Below, piece by piece: positions 26,435 through 36,013 of a stretch of DNA of 64,000 bases (positions within the stretch are counted from its first letter, which is position 1; every line of letters begins with the position of its first letter). The stretch comes from an uncultured Anaerolineales bacterium. GTDB lineage: Bacteria > Chloroflexota > Anaerolineae > Anaerolineales > UBA11858. The stretch covers positions 102 through 64,101 of the forward strand of contig CAZVPR010000016.1 of the NCBI GenBank assembly GCA_964629085.1, read 5' to 3'. The notes under the pieces were generated by a model, which was not told the origin of the DNA, did no database searches, and saw only the letters and a list, made by a program, of their open reading frames with translations. The translations under genes were made by a program, and so were the position numbers.

Positions 26435-27466
26435 ATGCCCCATTACAAACTCGCTTTACTTGGTTTTGGCAACGTTGGCAAGGCTTTGGCCGAATTGCTG
26501 CTTCGCAAAGCGGATGACATTCAAAATCAGTGCGAGGTCACCTTCTCGGTGGTTGGTATCGCCACTGGCAGTAAAGGCATTGCTGTCGATCCCGAGGGTC
26601 TCGACCTAACCGAAGCTCTTGAGTTGGTAAATTCCGGCCAGCCGATCACTTCAATATCCAATCCCAAATACCAAATCTCGAACTCCCTTGAATTAATCAA
26701 GAACTGTCAGGCCGACGTGCTCATCGAAAGCATCCCCGTGAATTATGAGACTGGCCAGCCAGCTGTGGACTATATCCGTACTGCTCTGGAGTTGGGCATG
26801 CATGTGACAACGGCCAACAAAGGCCCGGTCGTACACGCATACACGCAATTGACCGAGTTGGCGGAATCCCAAGGGCGCAAGTTTTATTTCGAGTCTGCTG
26901 TGATGGACGGCGCACCGGTCTTTGGCCTGTTCCGGGAGACGCTGCCTGCGGCCAACTTGAAATCTCTGCGCGGGGTGCTCAATTCGACCACCAACTTGCT
27001 GTTGACGCTGATGGAAGAGGGTCAAAGCTTCGATGAAGCTGTGGCTTACGCTCAATCGATTGGCATTGCCGAAACTGATCCCAGCGGCGATGTCGATGGC
27101 TGGGATGCGGCCATCAAGGTTTGTGCATTGGTCACAGTGATGATGGGAGTGCCGCTGAAACTCCAGGATGTGGATCGCACGGGGATTGGTGATATCAGCC
27201 TGGAAGATATCCAGGCGGCTAAAGCGGAGGGCAAGCGTTGGAAATTAGTTTGTGAAGCGGCGCAGGAACAGAATCAGGTAATTGCAAGGGTAGCCCCCCA
27301 AAAGGTCGGTGTGGAATCTCCTCTCTACGGGGTTATGGGCACCACGTCCATCGTTGAATTTGAATCTGATGTGTTAGGCAATTTATCCCTGATCGAAGCA
27401 GACCCCGGACCGCATACAACGGCTTATGGCCTATTAGCCGATTTTCTCAACGCGGTGAAATCATGA
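26435..27466 (+). CDS. hom: Homoserine dehydrogenase (no ACT domain)
   Basis: Rossmann start LALLGFGNVGKALAELL, the TANKGPV motif, and a catalytic-domain region ETDPSGDVDGWDAAIK. A GAAGGAG RBS is present. Confidence 0.8.
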   Translation: MPHYKLALLGFGNVGKALAELLLRKADDIQNQCEVTFSVVGIATGSKGIAVDPEGLDLTEALELVNSGQPITSISNPKYQISNSLELIKNCQADVLIESIPVNYETGQPAVDYIRTALELGMHVTTANKGPVVHAYTQLTELAESQGRKFYFESAVMDGAPVFGLFRETLPAANLKSLRGVLNSTTNLLLTLMEEGQSFDEAVAYAQSIGIAETDPSGDVDGWDAAIKVCALVTVMMGVPLKLQDVDRTGIGDISLEDIQAAKAEGKRWKLVCEAAQEQNQVIARVAPQKVGVESPLYGVMGTTSIVEFESDVLGNLSLIEADPGPHTTAYGLLADFLNAVKS

Positions 27467-28173
27467 CGAATCATCTTCAAGAGCTCTCTTGTGCTAATTG
27501 TGGCGCGGCCATATCTGCGGGTCAACTACGAAATGATGTCGCCACCTGTGAACATTGCGGCACATCGTTCCGTGTACCGGCAACCTATACCCCTGAACCG
27601 GATTTGGGCGATCTGATATTAGGTGCAGATTTTCTCGATACCAAGGTTCCGGGTTGGGTTGTATCGTATAAAGATAAAGTCGACTTCAAGGATGACGAAG
27701 GTCCTGAACTATGGGCGACGTTCACGCCGGACAATTTGATCTATCCGGTGATTCGCACGCCGGGTATTTTTGACGATTATGATGTGGGTGTAACCATCCG
27801 CTTTATCAAAGGCAGTTACGATCATATTAGCGCGGGTTTGGAACTGCGCTATGATGGCGATGTGGGGGATTATGTCATCCGCATTTCGGCGCAAGGCACT
27901 TTTCAGGTTGCCTGGCACGAAAAGAAGGAATGGGGTGATGCGCTGATCGATTGGACCACCCATCCCAGCTTACGCACCGGCATGGGTGAAGCCAACCGTT
28001 TGCGAGTGGTAGTCCAGGGAACCCGGATCCGCGTATACCTCAATGGTGTGCTGGCGACATCATTGAGGGATGACCGCTACGCATCCGGCATGGTGCGTGT
28101 GGTGGTTTCCCCACACAGCAAGAAACCGAATACCGTGGTAGCATTTTCGGATGTACAGTTGAGGGAAATCTAA
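27463..28173 (+). CDS. Zinc-ribbon protein with concanavalin/LamG-like (DUF1080-like) C-terminal domain
   Basis: CANCGAAIS...CEHCGTSF at the N-terminus, and NRLRVVVQGTRIRVYLNGVLA near the C-terminus. The start overlaps the hom stop (ATGA). Confidence 0.55.
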   Translation: MTNHLQELSCANCGAAISAGQLRNDVATCEHCGTSFRVPATYTPEPDLGDLILGADFLDTKVPGWVVSYKDKVDFKDDEGPELWATFTPDNLIYPVIRTPGIFDDYDVGVTIRFIKGSYDHISAGLELRYDGDVGDYVIRISAQGTFQVAWHEKKEWGDALIDWTTHPSLRTGMGEANRLRVVVQGTRIRVYLNGVLATSLRDDRYASGMVRVVVSPHSKKPNTVVAFSDVQLREI

Positions 28174-28199
28174 TCCTAGATTGCCGAATAGAGATTATT

Positions 28200-28238
28200 A
28201 ACAGGTGACTGTCACTTGCAAAGTGAAGGTCACCTGTT
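28200..28238. terminator. Bidirectional terminator-like hairpin (second member of the GGTGnCnGTCACT family)
   Basis: AACAGGTGACTGTCACTT-gca-AAGTGAAGGTCACCTGTT forms an 18-bp stem with one mismatch and one G-U pair. It sits between convergent genes ending at 28173 and 28244. Confidence 0.6.
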
Positions 28239-28243
28239 GATGT

Positions 28244-29029
28244 TTATTTCTTCATCACCGCGGCATAAATGCCTAAACCAATCCCTGCTAATACAATCAG
28301 TGCGCCGATAAGCCCCAACATCGGTGATCTGCCGGTGCCGACCGGGGCCGGCGCTTCGGCGATGGTCACAGAGTTGGCCTGCGCGCCAAAGTCCAGATAG
28401 GATTCATCGCCTGGATTCAATTCGATTGTGGCGCTTAATTCGGTCGTTGGGTTGAATCCTTCGGGGATACCCACACTGATGGTATATTCGCCTTCTTCAA
28501 GATTTTCTGCACAGAAATGGTCGAATCCGCCGAGGGTATTCTCGGTGATGGATTGCGTTCCGGCGCTGTTGATAATGCTGATGGCACCGCCGGGAAGGGA
28601 GGTTTCTTCCTCCTGACGGATAGCATCCCCATTGACATCTTTGTAAAGGATGACGCATAAAATGCCATAGCCAATCTGCGGTGTGGGGGTTGGCCCTGAG
28701 GGCGTTGGTGTGGTGGTTGGGAGTACCTGAGGAATGGCTGTGGCCGGGCCTCCCAGGCCGAGAAATATTTCATCACCGGGAGCAATCACGTCTGTGGGTG
28801 ATAGCGCGTTCAAGGCGCGTAACTCATCAATTGAAATCTCGGCGACCGCGGCAATTCGCCACAAGGTGTCACCTGTTTGCACGATGTAGATGATGCGGCC
28901 ATCCGGCCCAGGCGTGGGCGTAGGGAAGGGCGTCGATTGGGGCTGGGGAGCCGCCAGTGCTGGAAATGTGAGACCTAATAACATCAGGCATAAGGCCAGG
29001 CCGAAAAGCAGTTGTTTTTTCATTAGCAA
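28244..29029 (-). CDS. LysM domain-containing protein with C-terminal membrane anchor
   Basis: Signal peptide, LysM motif YIVQTGDTLWRIAAVAEISIDELRALN, PT-rich linkers, and a terminal TM (LGLIGALIVLAGIGLGIYAAV). Confidence 0.8.
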   Translation of the reverse strand: MLMKKQLLFGLALCLMLLGLTFPALAAPQPQSTPFPTPTPGPDGRIIYIVQTGDTLWRIAAVAEISIDELRALNALSPTDVIAPGDEIFLGLGGPATAIPQVLPTTTPTPSGPTPTPQIGYGILCVILYKDVNGDAIRQEEETSLPGGAISIINSAGTQSITENTLGGFDHFCAENLEEGEYTISVGIPEGFNPTTELSATIELNPGDESYLDFGAQANSVTIAEAPAPVGTGRSPMLGLIGALIVLAGIGLGIYAAVMKK

Positions 29030-29070
29030 ATATTATACAAGGTTTGCATGTGGCAGATAAGGGGAGAATT

Positions 29071-30270
29071 TCAGTTGACGGTTTCTCTTACCTTGAGCAG
29101 TGATAACAAAGCCAGTAAATTGAATACCACTGTAGCTGCGGCACTGAATAGGATGCCTGAAGCGAAAAGACCTGGGGCGATCAGCGCGCCGATTGCTCGC
29201 CCCAACGAGAGTCCGGCGACATTGAAAGCCATCAAGGTGGCGCGGCCTCCCGGCATGATCTCGGTCATCATGGGGATGCTGCTGACCAGCATGAATTCAA
29301 ATGTGAAGAAATAGAAGAAAAGACAGATCAGCGCGCCGGTCAGGGTTGTCCCAAACAAGGGAAATGCCAGGGCAGCCAGACAGTTGGCAGTCAGACCGAT
29401 GGCTATGGCGCGCACTTTACCTAGCCTGTCCACCGATGCCCCGACCAGAGTCTCGGCGCTCAGTTCGGCCACGCCGATCACGGCGGCCGTGCCTCCCAGA
29501 GCGATAATTTTTAGCCCAAATGAAGCCTCCATCCAAACACCGAAAATCAGGTTGATAGTCTCATTGCCGATGGTGGCGGTGGTACCAACAGCCAGCCCAG
29601 CCAAAGCAGCCGGACATTTGAATACCTGGCGGAAATTATGCCAAAATTTGGTTTGGACTCCTTCGGGGGCAGGATCACGCGGCACCAGGCGGATCAACGC
29701 AACCCCCGCGAGTATTCCTAGAAGGGCCAGCAGTGCAAAGGGAGAAGCCCATCCTTGACGAGCGATTAAAAAGCTGATTAGTGGGATTCCTACAAAAAAG
29801 CTCAATGACCAGCCTAATTCTGTGAACGAAATGGCCAATCCCCGCCGTTCGTACGGGATGCGGTCGCCAAGGTAGGCCTGCATGGATGGATCGAAGCCGA
29901 ATTTTCCCAAGGTGGTCAGGATCAGCATGATCATGAAACCGGGATAGGAGGGCCAGATCACCATTACGATAGCTCCACTGACGAACATGCCGATACCGAA
30001 AAGCATGCCGATCTTGCGGCCCTGACGATCGGCGATGGAAGCCAGAAATGGACCCACCATGCCCGCAAGAGAGCGATTGGTAAGGGCTAATGAAAGCGCC
30101 GAAATATCCACGCCCAGGCCGCGGCTGAAGACAGGCAGGAAGGGATACACCATGCGAAAGAGGGTGTTGAAGATCAGGCGGATAAGGGTAAAGATCAGAA
30201 TTTGGGCGCGCAGAGGACGCTCGATAGCCCGAAAATCCTGGCCGAGTTGCTTGAAGAAGAGAGTTTTCAT
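29071..30270 (-). CDS. MFS transporter
   Basis: 399 aa with about 12 hydrophobic segments and the MFS loop motif ADRQGRK between TM2 and TM3. Confidence 0.8.
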   Translation of the reverse strand: MKTLFFKQLGQDFRAIERPLRAQILIFTLIRLIFNTLFRMVYPFLPVFSRGLGVDISALSLALTNRSLAGMVGPFLASIADRQGRKIGMLFGIGMFVSGAIVMVIWPSYPGFMIMLILTTLGKFGFDPSMQAYLGDRIPYERRGLAISFTELGWSLSFFVGIPLISFLIARQGWASPFALLALLGILAGVALIRLVPRDPAPEGVQTKFWHNFRQVFKCPAALAGLAVGTTATIGNETINLIFGVWMEASFGLKIIALGGTAAVIGVAELSAETLVGASVDRLGKVRAIAIGLTANCLAALAFPLFGTTLTGALICLFFYFFTFEFMLVSSIPMMTEIMPGGRATLMAFNVAGLSLGRAIGALIAPGLFASGILFSAAATVVFNLLALLSLLKVRETVN

Positions 30271-30866
30271 TCAGTGATTTCTCTGGCGTACCACCAGCGC
30301 GAAACCTGCCAGGCAGCCAAGAGGGTAAGGAGGTTGAGTCCCAAGAAGAAAAGCTGGATGCGCCTGGCTTCTGAATCGACTACCGGGGCTGGAGGGTGCA
30401 TAACGTTTTCTGTGGATTGCAGAACTACGAAAAGGGCAATAACATAAGCCAGATTGAACCCAGAAGCCCAGGCCGGGTTTTCAACCAGGGTCAGGCCAAT
30501 TTGCAGCAGCAGTCCGCCGATGGCAAATACCGCTGCAACTCGCCAGCGCGGCTCGGCCAAAAAGAGGCCGTTCCAGTTGGTTTGCATGGCCCACAGGGAA
30601 ATGGGCAAGTAAGTGATCCAGAAGAAGAGTCCGGTGCGGCCTAAAGCCCGCGACCAGTGGTGAAGAGTCGTGCGGCGTCTTATCAACCCGATTAGTCCGA
30701 CCAACCCGGCAGCAATGAAGCCGGCCAACGCGGCCCAGACCCAGGCGCCGTGCAAATAAACTATGCGCACGTTCGGGCCGAGGGTCTTTTCTGCTGGGCC
30801 GAGAGATGAAAAGCCGGCGATGACCAGTAAGATGAGTATGAACCAGAGGATAGGGGATTTTTTCAT
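30267..30866 (-). CDS. Integral membrane protein, weak CcmC/cytochrome-c-assembly-like motifs
   Basis: 199 aa, 6 TM. VRIVYLHGAWVWAALAGF resembles the CcmC YxHVP-type segment. It overlaps the MFS start by 4 nt. Confidence 0.5.
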   Translation of the reverse strand: MKKSPILWFILILLVIAGFSSLGPAEKTLGPNVRIVYLHGAWVWAALAGFIAAGLVGLIGLIRRRTTLHHWSRALGRTGLFFWITYLPISLWAMQTNWNGLFLAEPRWRVAAVFAIGGLLLQIGLTLVENPAWASGFNLAYVIALFVVLQSTENVMHPPAPVVDSEARRIQLFFLGLNLLTLLAAWQVSRWWYAREITE

Positions 30867-30886
30867 TTTTTATTCCAATAGCAGAC

Positions 30887-30914
30887 GCAGGGGCGACGCA
30901 TGCGTCGCCCCTGC
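30887..30914. repeat. Perfect 28-nt GC-rich palindrome centred on GCATGC
   Basis: GCAGGGGCGACGCA|TGCGTCGCCCCTGC lies between the mutase stop (30934) and the next gene start (30866). No U-tract follows on the minus strand. Confidence 0.75.
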
Positions 30915-30933
30915 AATTTGATTACTTATTAAA

Positions 30934-32613
30934 TTATATCCAAGTCGGTTCTTGATATATTCCAAAGATGTCTTTCATCACCCCGATTATCTCCCCCAAG
31001 GTGGCGTAGGCGCGTACGGCTTCCAGGATATGGGGCATGGTGTTTTCGGTGCCCTGGCAGGCGATGCGCAGGCGGTCGAGGGTTTGTCCGACGCGGCCGT
31101 TGTCGCGTTCTTGGCGCAGCGTATTCAAACGATCGACTTGGTGTTCATAGCCTTGAGGATTCATTTCCAGGATGGGGATATTGATGGATTTGTCTTCGGC
31201 GTAGGCGTTGACGCCGACGATGCGGCGCTTGTCGAGGTCGATCTCGCGCTGGTAACGATAGGCGGCATCGGAGATTTCGCCCTGGAAGAAGCCTTTGTCG
31301 ATGGCAGGCAATACACCACCCAATTCTGCGATGCGGCGGAAGTAGTCGTAGGCTTGCGCCTCGATGCGATCGGTTTGGGCTTCAAGGAAGAAAGAGCCCC
31401 CCAGGGGATCGATAGTGTTGGTCACGCCCGATTCTTCAGCGATGATCTGCTGAGTACGCAGGGCTACGGTGACAGCGTGTTCCGACGGCAAGGCGAGAGC
31501 CTCGTCCATGCTGTTGGTGTGCAAGGATTGCGTGCCGCCCAAAACCGCGGCCAGGGCCTGAATAGCGACGCGCACGATATTGTTTTCGGGCTGCTGGGCG
31601 GTTAAGGAGACACCGGCGGTCTGCGTGTGGAAGCGCATCAGCCAGGAGCGCGGATCTTTAGCCCCGAAAGTTTCACGCATCTCGCGCGCCCAGATACGGC
31701 GGGCGGCGCGGTATTTGGCAATTTCTTCGAAGAAATCGTTGTGGGCGTTGAAGAAATAGGACAGCCGGGGGGCAAAGGCATCCACATCCAGGCCGCGCTC
31801 TATGGCCCAGCGCACGTATTCCATACCGTCGGAAAGCGTGAAAGCCAGTTCCTGGGCGGCTGTCGAACCTGCTTCGCGGATGTGATATCCCGAAATGCTG
31901 ATCGTATTCCACTGGGGTAGTTCGTTGGTGCCGAACTCGACGGTGTCGGTCACCAGGCGCATGGATGGTTCGGGGGGAAAGATATATTCTTTCTGGGCGA
32001 TATATTCCTTTAAAATGTCGTTTTGAATGGTGCCGCGCAGTTGGTCATGACGAACGCCTTGTTTCTCAGCAGCGGCAATATACATAGCCCAGATGATGGC
32101 GGCTGGGGAATTGATGGTCATGCTGGTGGAAACTTTGTCGAGGGGGATACCCTCGGTGAGCACTTCCATATCCTTGAGCGAAGAAATGGCCACCCCACAT
32201 TTGCCGAACTCGCCCAAAGCTTCGGGATCGTCAGTATCGTAGCCCATCAAAGTGGGGAGGTCGAAGGCCACCGAAAGCCCGGTCTGTCCTTGGTCGAGCA
32301 AATACGTGAAGCGCTGATTGGTTTCTTCGGCGGTGCCGAAGCCGGCAAACATGCGCATGGTCCACAAGCGGCCGCGATGCATAGTGGCGTGCACCCCGCG
32401 CGTATAGGGGTATTCCCCAGGCATACCCAAATCTTCAGCGTAATCGCTATCTTTCGTGTCTAGTGGTGTGTAAATGCGGTCTATGGGTTCGGATGAAGTG
32501 GTGATGAACTCATTGTTGCGTTCTGGGAAGCGGGAAAGAGTCTTGTGGAGAGTTTCATCTTCCCAGCGTTTCTGTTCATTTTCGAGCTTTTTAATTTCTT
32601 GGGGATCGTACAT
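30934..32613 (-). CDS. Acyl-CoA (methylmalonyl-CoA) mutase family large/catalytic subunit, no fused B12-binding domain
   Basis: [35 protein letters not shown] and [10 protein letters not shown] are typical of the mutase TIM-barrel domain. Length 559 aa. Confidence 0.85.
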   Translation of the reverse strand: MYDPQEIKKLENEQKRWEDETLHKTLSRFPERNNEFITTSSEPIDRIYTPLDTKDSDYAEDLGMPGEYPYTRGVHATMHRGRLWTMRMFAGFGTAEETNQRFTYLLDQGQTGLSVAFDLPTLMGYDTDDPEALGEFGKCGVAISSLKDMEVLTEGIPLDKVSTSMTINSPAAIIWAMYIAAAEKQGVRHDQLRGTIQNDILKEYIAQKEYIFPPEPSMRLVTDTVEFGTNELPQWNTISISGYHIREAGSTAAQELAFTLSDGMEYVRWAIERGLDVDAFAPRLSYFFNAHNDFFEEIAKYRAARRIWAREMRETFGAKDPRSWLMRFHTQTAGVSLTAQQPENNIVRVAIQALAAVLGGTQSLHTNSMDEALALPSEHAVTVALRTQQIIAEESGVTNTIDPLGGSFFLEAQTDRIEAQAYDYFRRIAELGGVLPAIDKGFFQGEISDAAYRYQREIDLDKRRIVGVNAYAEDKSINIPILEMNPQGYEHQVDRLNTLRQERDNGRVGQTLDRLRIACQGTENTMPHILEAVRAYATLGEIIGVMKDIFGIYQEPTWI

Positions 32614-32860
32614 TCCGGTCTCCTGAGAAAGATTTTCTGACGAGGCCGTGACATTATAGCATCAATTATTCAACAACTCGTTTGCCTATCCCAGGTGCAG
32701 CGGTGAAGCCCTCCGTGGTAACCAACAATATCGTTTATGGGTAACTTAAAAATTGGAAAAACCGCGCCCGCGGGGGCCAAATAACTGACCGTAACGAAAT
32801 GCAAATATTTTGATATAATTGCTAAGTATTATTCACATTCGTTAGTTCGGAGGGTATCAT

Positions 32861-33277
32861 ATGACACTGTTTACTGAGTTTCGAAACGTGGAAAATACCA
32901 AAGAATTTAAAGAGGGTTCGGTAATTTTCAATAAAGGGGAATCGGGGGATGTTATGTATGTAGTACTCGAAGGGGAAGTTGAAATAAAATTAGAGAATAT
33001 CCCGGTTAATGAAATTGGCCCTGACGAGATCTTTGGGGAGATGGCATTGGTTAGCGATGCCCCTCGAATGGCAACAGCTTATGCAAAAACGGATTGCAGA
33101 TTGGCTTTAGTCGACGAAGATGTATTTTTGACAAAAGTTTGTGATCACCCAAAATTTGCCCTCAAGATTTTGCGTGTTATGGCTGATCGGTTGGAAAAAT
33201 CAACACAAAAGTCAATTGAAGCTAGAGTTAATCGAATGAAAGGCAAAGTTTTGGATGCTTTAGCTGCGCTTGACTGA
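32861..33277 (+). CDS. Stand-alone cyclic-nucleotide-binding domain protein
   Basis: 138 aa. GESGDVMYVVLEGEVEI...IFGEMALVSDAPRMATAYA carries the FGE...R-x-A phosphate-binding cassette. No DNA-binding or effector domain is present. Confidence 0.8.
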   Translation: MTLFTEFRNVENTKEFKEGSVIFNKGESGDVMYVVLEGEVEIKLENIPVNEIGPDEIFGEMALVSDAPRMATAYAKTDCRLALVDEDVFLTKVCDHPKFALKILRVMADRLEKSTQKSIEARVNRMKGKVLDALAALD

Positions 33278-33425
33278 ATCATTAATAGATTTTGTGAATT
33301 AGAAAGCTGTGGGTTTGTTTCCAATTTTTATACATCATATTTTTTTAAGAATACTCGCTAAGAAACTTTAGTGAGATTTTTGCTATCAAATTTAGATTAG
33401 TCAGTTGAGCAAAAGGAGTGTGTAA

Positions 33426-35093
33426 ATGGATTGGTTCAGAAATGCTACCATCCAGAGGAAATTGCTTAGCGCATTTGTGGTGATAGCTTTGGTGGGAATA
33501 ATCACAACGGGGTGGAATATCTACAACTCTATACGTATCGATGAAATGGTCTATCACTTGGGGCTGGAATCAGATGAAATGTTTGGTTTGGAAGAAACCC
33601 AGCTTTACCTTCTGGAGCAAGAACTGGCAACAAAAGAGTTCCTGCTCACTGGCGACGAACACTTCCTGAACAAGCATGATGAATATGATCATATTACCGA
33701 CCTGTTTATGCGCGAATCGTTTACCTATGCCAGTTCATCAGAGGAAATAGAAGACTTGAATGAACTGGATCAGCTATTGACTCTCTATCGGCGATTATTT
33801 CTGGATGTTGTGGATGCCTACCAGGAAGGTGAAATAAATGAGGCTGTTCTTAGAGCCAATGAGGTTGTAGATATTGCGATTAAAAATATCCAAGAACGCT
33901 TTGAAGATGTGATCAGAGACCGCCGGAAGATTATCCACACAGAAGTGAACGCGGTGGGGGGGGTGGTGCGGACATCGATCTTGGCCGGTGTTTTTAGCTT
34001 GGGTGTATTTGCGCTCTTGGCGTTGCTGGCTTCGGCAGCCACACAGCAGGTCACTGATCCAGTTCTACGCCTGACGAATGCCGTGGTTGCTTTTGAAAAT
34101 GCATCATATGAAAGCGAGATGTTGCAGGAAGTAATGAGGCGCAGAGATGAGATGGGCCATTTGGCCATTGCATTTGATAGGATGGCTGAATCGATCAACG
34201 AAGCGAACCTTGCCAAGGATCACCTATTGGAAGCCTCCAGCCGTTTTGTGCCCTACGAATACCTGGAATTTCTGCAAAAACCAGGGATCGAAACCATAAA
34301 ACTGGGAGACCATGTCAGCGCGGATATGGCAGTCATGTTCTCTGACATTCGTTCCTTCACCACGATTTCTGAAAGCATGACCCCTCAGGAAAATTTCGAT
34401 TTCGTCAATATGTACCTGAGCCAGGTCAGTCCAGTGATCCGGGGACACGATGGTTTTGTGGTCAAGTTCCTGGGAGATGGCATGATGGCGATTTTCCCTT
34501 ATGGCGTGGATAGCGCTGTACAAGCGGGTATTGAGAAATCCTTGAAGGCAATCGAGATCAATGCCGAGCGGGCCAAACAAGGCCAACCACCCATTCAGGT
34601 AGGGGTTGGTATCCATACCGGGCATATGATGGTCGGTATGATCGGTGAAGAAAACCGCATGCAAGGTGATGCTTTCTCTGATAATGTCAACCTGACCGCG
34701 AGAGTTGAAGGGCTGACCAAATACTATGCTGTCTCCATAATTATCACCGAAGAGACTTATATGCGTCTCGAAGAGCCGGGGCGCTACCATATTCGTTACC
34801 TGGGTAAGGCCCAGGTAAAAGGGCGCGAACGCCCTATTGGTCTTTATGAGGTTTACGACGCTGACCCGGAAGAAATGCTGCAGCAAAAAATCCAGACCCA
34901 GCCTGATTTCGATCAAGGTGTCAAGTGCTTTATTGCTGGAAGAATGGACGAGGCCAAGGCGAAGTTCGAAAATGTATTGGCTAAAAATTCATCAGATAAA
35001 ACCGCAACTTTCTATCTTGAGCGCACAATCTCAATGATGAAGGCAGGTGTGCCGGATAATTGGGAAGGCGTCGAAGTGATGCGTTCGAAGTGA
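33426..35093 (+). CDS. Membrane sensor adenylate/guanylate cyclase (CHASE3-like, HAMP, class III cyclase, short TPR-like tail)
   Basis: N-terminal TM followed by EETQLYLLEQELATKEFLLTGDEHFL (CHASE3-like). A second TM and a HAMP domain (EMGHLAIAFDRMAESI) follow. Cyclase motifs are MFSDIRSFT, KFLGDGMMAIF and GDAFSDNVNLTARVEG. Confidence 0.85.
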   Translation: MDWFRNATIQRKLLSAFVVIALVGIITTGWNIYNSIRIDEMVYHLGLESDEMFGLEETQLYLLEQELATKEFLLTGDEHFLNKHDEYDHITDLFMRESFTYASSSEEIEDLNELDQLLTLYRRLFLDVVDAYQEGEINEAVLRANEVVDIAIKNIQERFEDVIRDRRKIIHTEVNAVGGVVRTSILAGVFSLGVFALLALLASAATQQVTDPVLRLTNAVVAFENASYESEMLQEVMRRRDEMGHLAIAFDRMAESINEANLAKDHLLEASSRFVPYEYLEFLQKPGIETIKLGDHVSADMAVMFSDIRSFTTISESMTPQENFDFVNMYLSQVSPVIRGHDGFVVKFLGDGMMAIFPYGVDSAVQAGIEKSLKAIEINAERAKQGQPPIQVGVGIHTGHMMVGMIGEENRMQGDAFSDNVNLTARVEGLTKYYAVSIIITEETYMRLEEPGRYHIRYLGKAQVKGRERPIGLYEVYDADPEEMLQQKIQTQPDFDQGVKCFIAGRMDEAKAKFENVLAKNSSDKTATFYLERTISMMKAGVPDNWEGVEVMRSK

Positions 35094-35104
35094 ATTGAGG
35101 AAAT

Positions 35105-36013
35105 ATGCGCCGACTTACTCATTTTCTTACCATAGCAGGCATGATGTTGATGTTTGGAATAATTCCACTCTTCAGTTTATCGATTGTTGGTTGGTCTGTG
35201 TACAGTATTTACCAGGCAGATCTAAGCGCCAGGGAAATGCGTCGACAGAATGAAGAAATCACCGATATCGAGGAAGCAGAAATATACCTTTTAGAGCAGG
35301 AACTTGCCGAGAAGGATTATTTGCTCACTGGAGACCCGGTCTACCTGGACTTGCATCAGGATTTCGAAGAGATTACGGATGATTTTGTAGCAAAAGCACG
35401 CTCCATTGCAATCCTGGACAAGGAAGAAAAAGCGGTTGACAGGCTGGAGCAGTTGCGGGATGAATATGAATTAACCTATAGTCAGATAACAGCAGCTTTC
35501 CAGGCAGGCGATAAAGAGCAAGCTGTAAACTTATCATTAACAGTTTCCAACGAAAAACTCGAACGGGTCCATGAGTTGGTTGAGGATTTGATATTTTATA
35601 ACCAAGCCAATATGAAGGAAGAGTTACAAAAGACCGACCGACAAGTGCGCAGTGCTATTTTTACTAGCGTGATTGGCCTGGTAATCTTCCCATTCCTTGC
35701 TGTGTTGGCCTATTTGACTACCAGTCGGGTGACCCAGCCGTTCCTTGTGCTGATCAACACTGTGCTGGCGATTAAGGGAGGGCATTTTAGGCCCGAATTG
35801 TTGGGCACGCTGCCGGACCGTGTCGACGGGTTTGGCATGCTAGTGCGCACTTTGGCTGAAACTGCCCAGCAAATCAAAGAGCGAGAGGCAAACTTGATTG
35901 GGGAAATCACGGCATTGAAGGAACAACGAAAAGAGAGTCGTCGACAAAAACTAGTAATTTCTTCTGGACAGCGCTTCTTCAGGCAGGCTGGTGAGGAGAA
36001 CTCAAATGATTAA
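35105..36013 (+). CDS. CHASE3-like plus HAMP membrane protein without output domain
   Basis: Same architecture as the cyclase N-terminal half (EEAEIYLLEQELAEKDYLLTGDPVYL; HAMP GFGMLVRTLAETAQQI), but it ends about 50 aa after HAMP in a coiled coil. Confidence 0.75.
   Translation: MRRLTHFLTIAGMMLMFGIIPLFSLSIVGWSVYSIYQADLSAREMRRQNEEITDIEEAEIYLLEQELAEKDYLLTGDPVYLDLHQDFEEITDDFVAKARSIAILDKEEKAVDRLEQLRDEYELTYSQITAAFQAGDKEQAVNLSLTVSNEKLERVHELVEDLIFYNQANMKEELQKTDRQVRSAIFTSVIGLVIFPFLAVLAYLTTSRVTQPFLVLINTVLAIKGGHFRPELLGTLPDRVDGFGMLVRTLAETAQQIKEREANLIGEITALKEQRKESRRQKLVISSGQRFFRQAGEENSND

Noticed and set aside
32614-32860. A possible cobalamin riboswitch upstream of the B12-dependent mutase, or near cbiM at 43227-43241.
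   Set aside because: No B12-box-like GCCACTG core is visible. The cbiM gene is only 15 nt from the Fur-family gene, which leaves no room for a riboswitch.
34224-34916. A 230-aa minus-strand ORF opposite the cyclase catalytic domain.
   Set aside because: The plus strand carries unambiguous class III cyclase motifs at the same coordinates.
32861-35093. The cyclase plus cNMP-binding protein as a Pycsar/CBASS-like antiphage signalling pair.
   Set aside because: The cyclase is a large membrane sensor (CHASE3-HAMP) of the housekeeping class III type. The cNMP-binding protein has no TM, TIR or nuclease effector domain, and no other defence genes are nearby.
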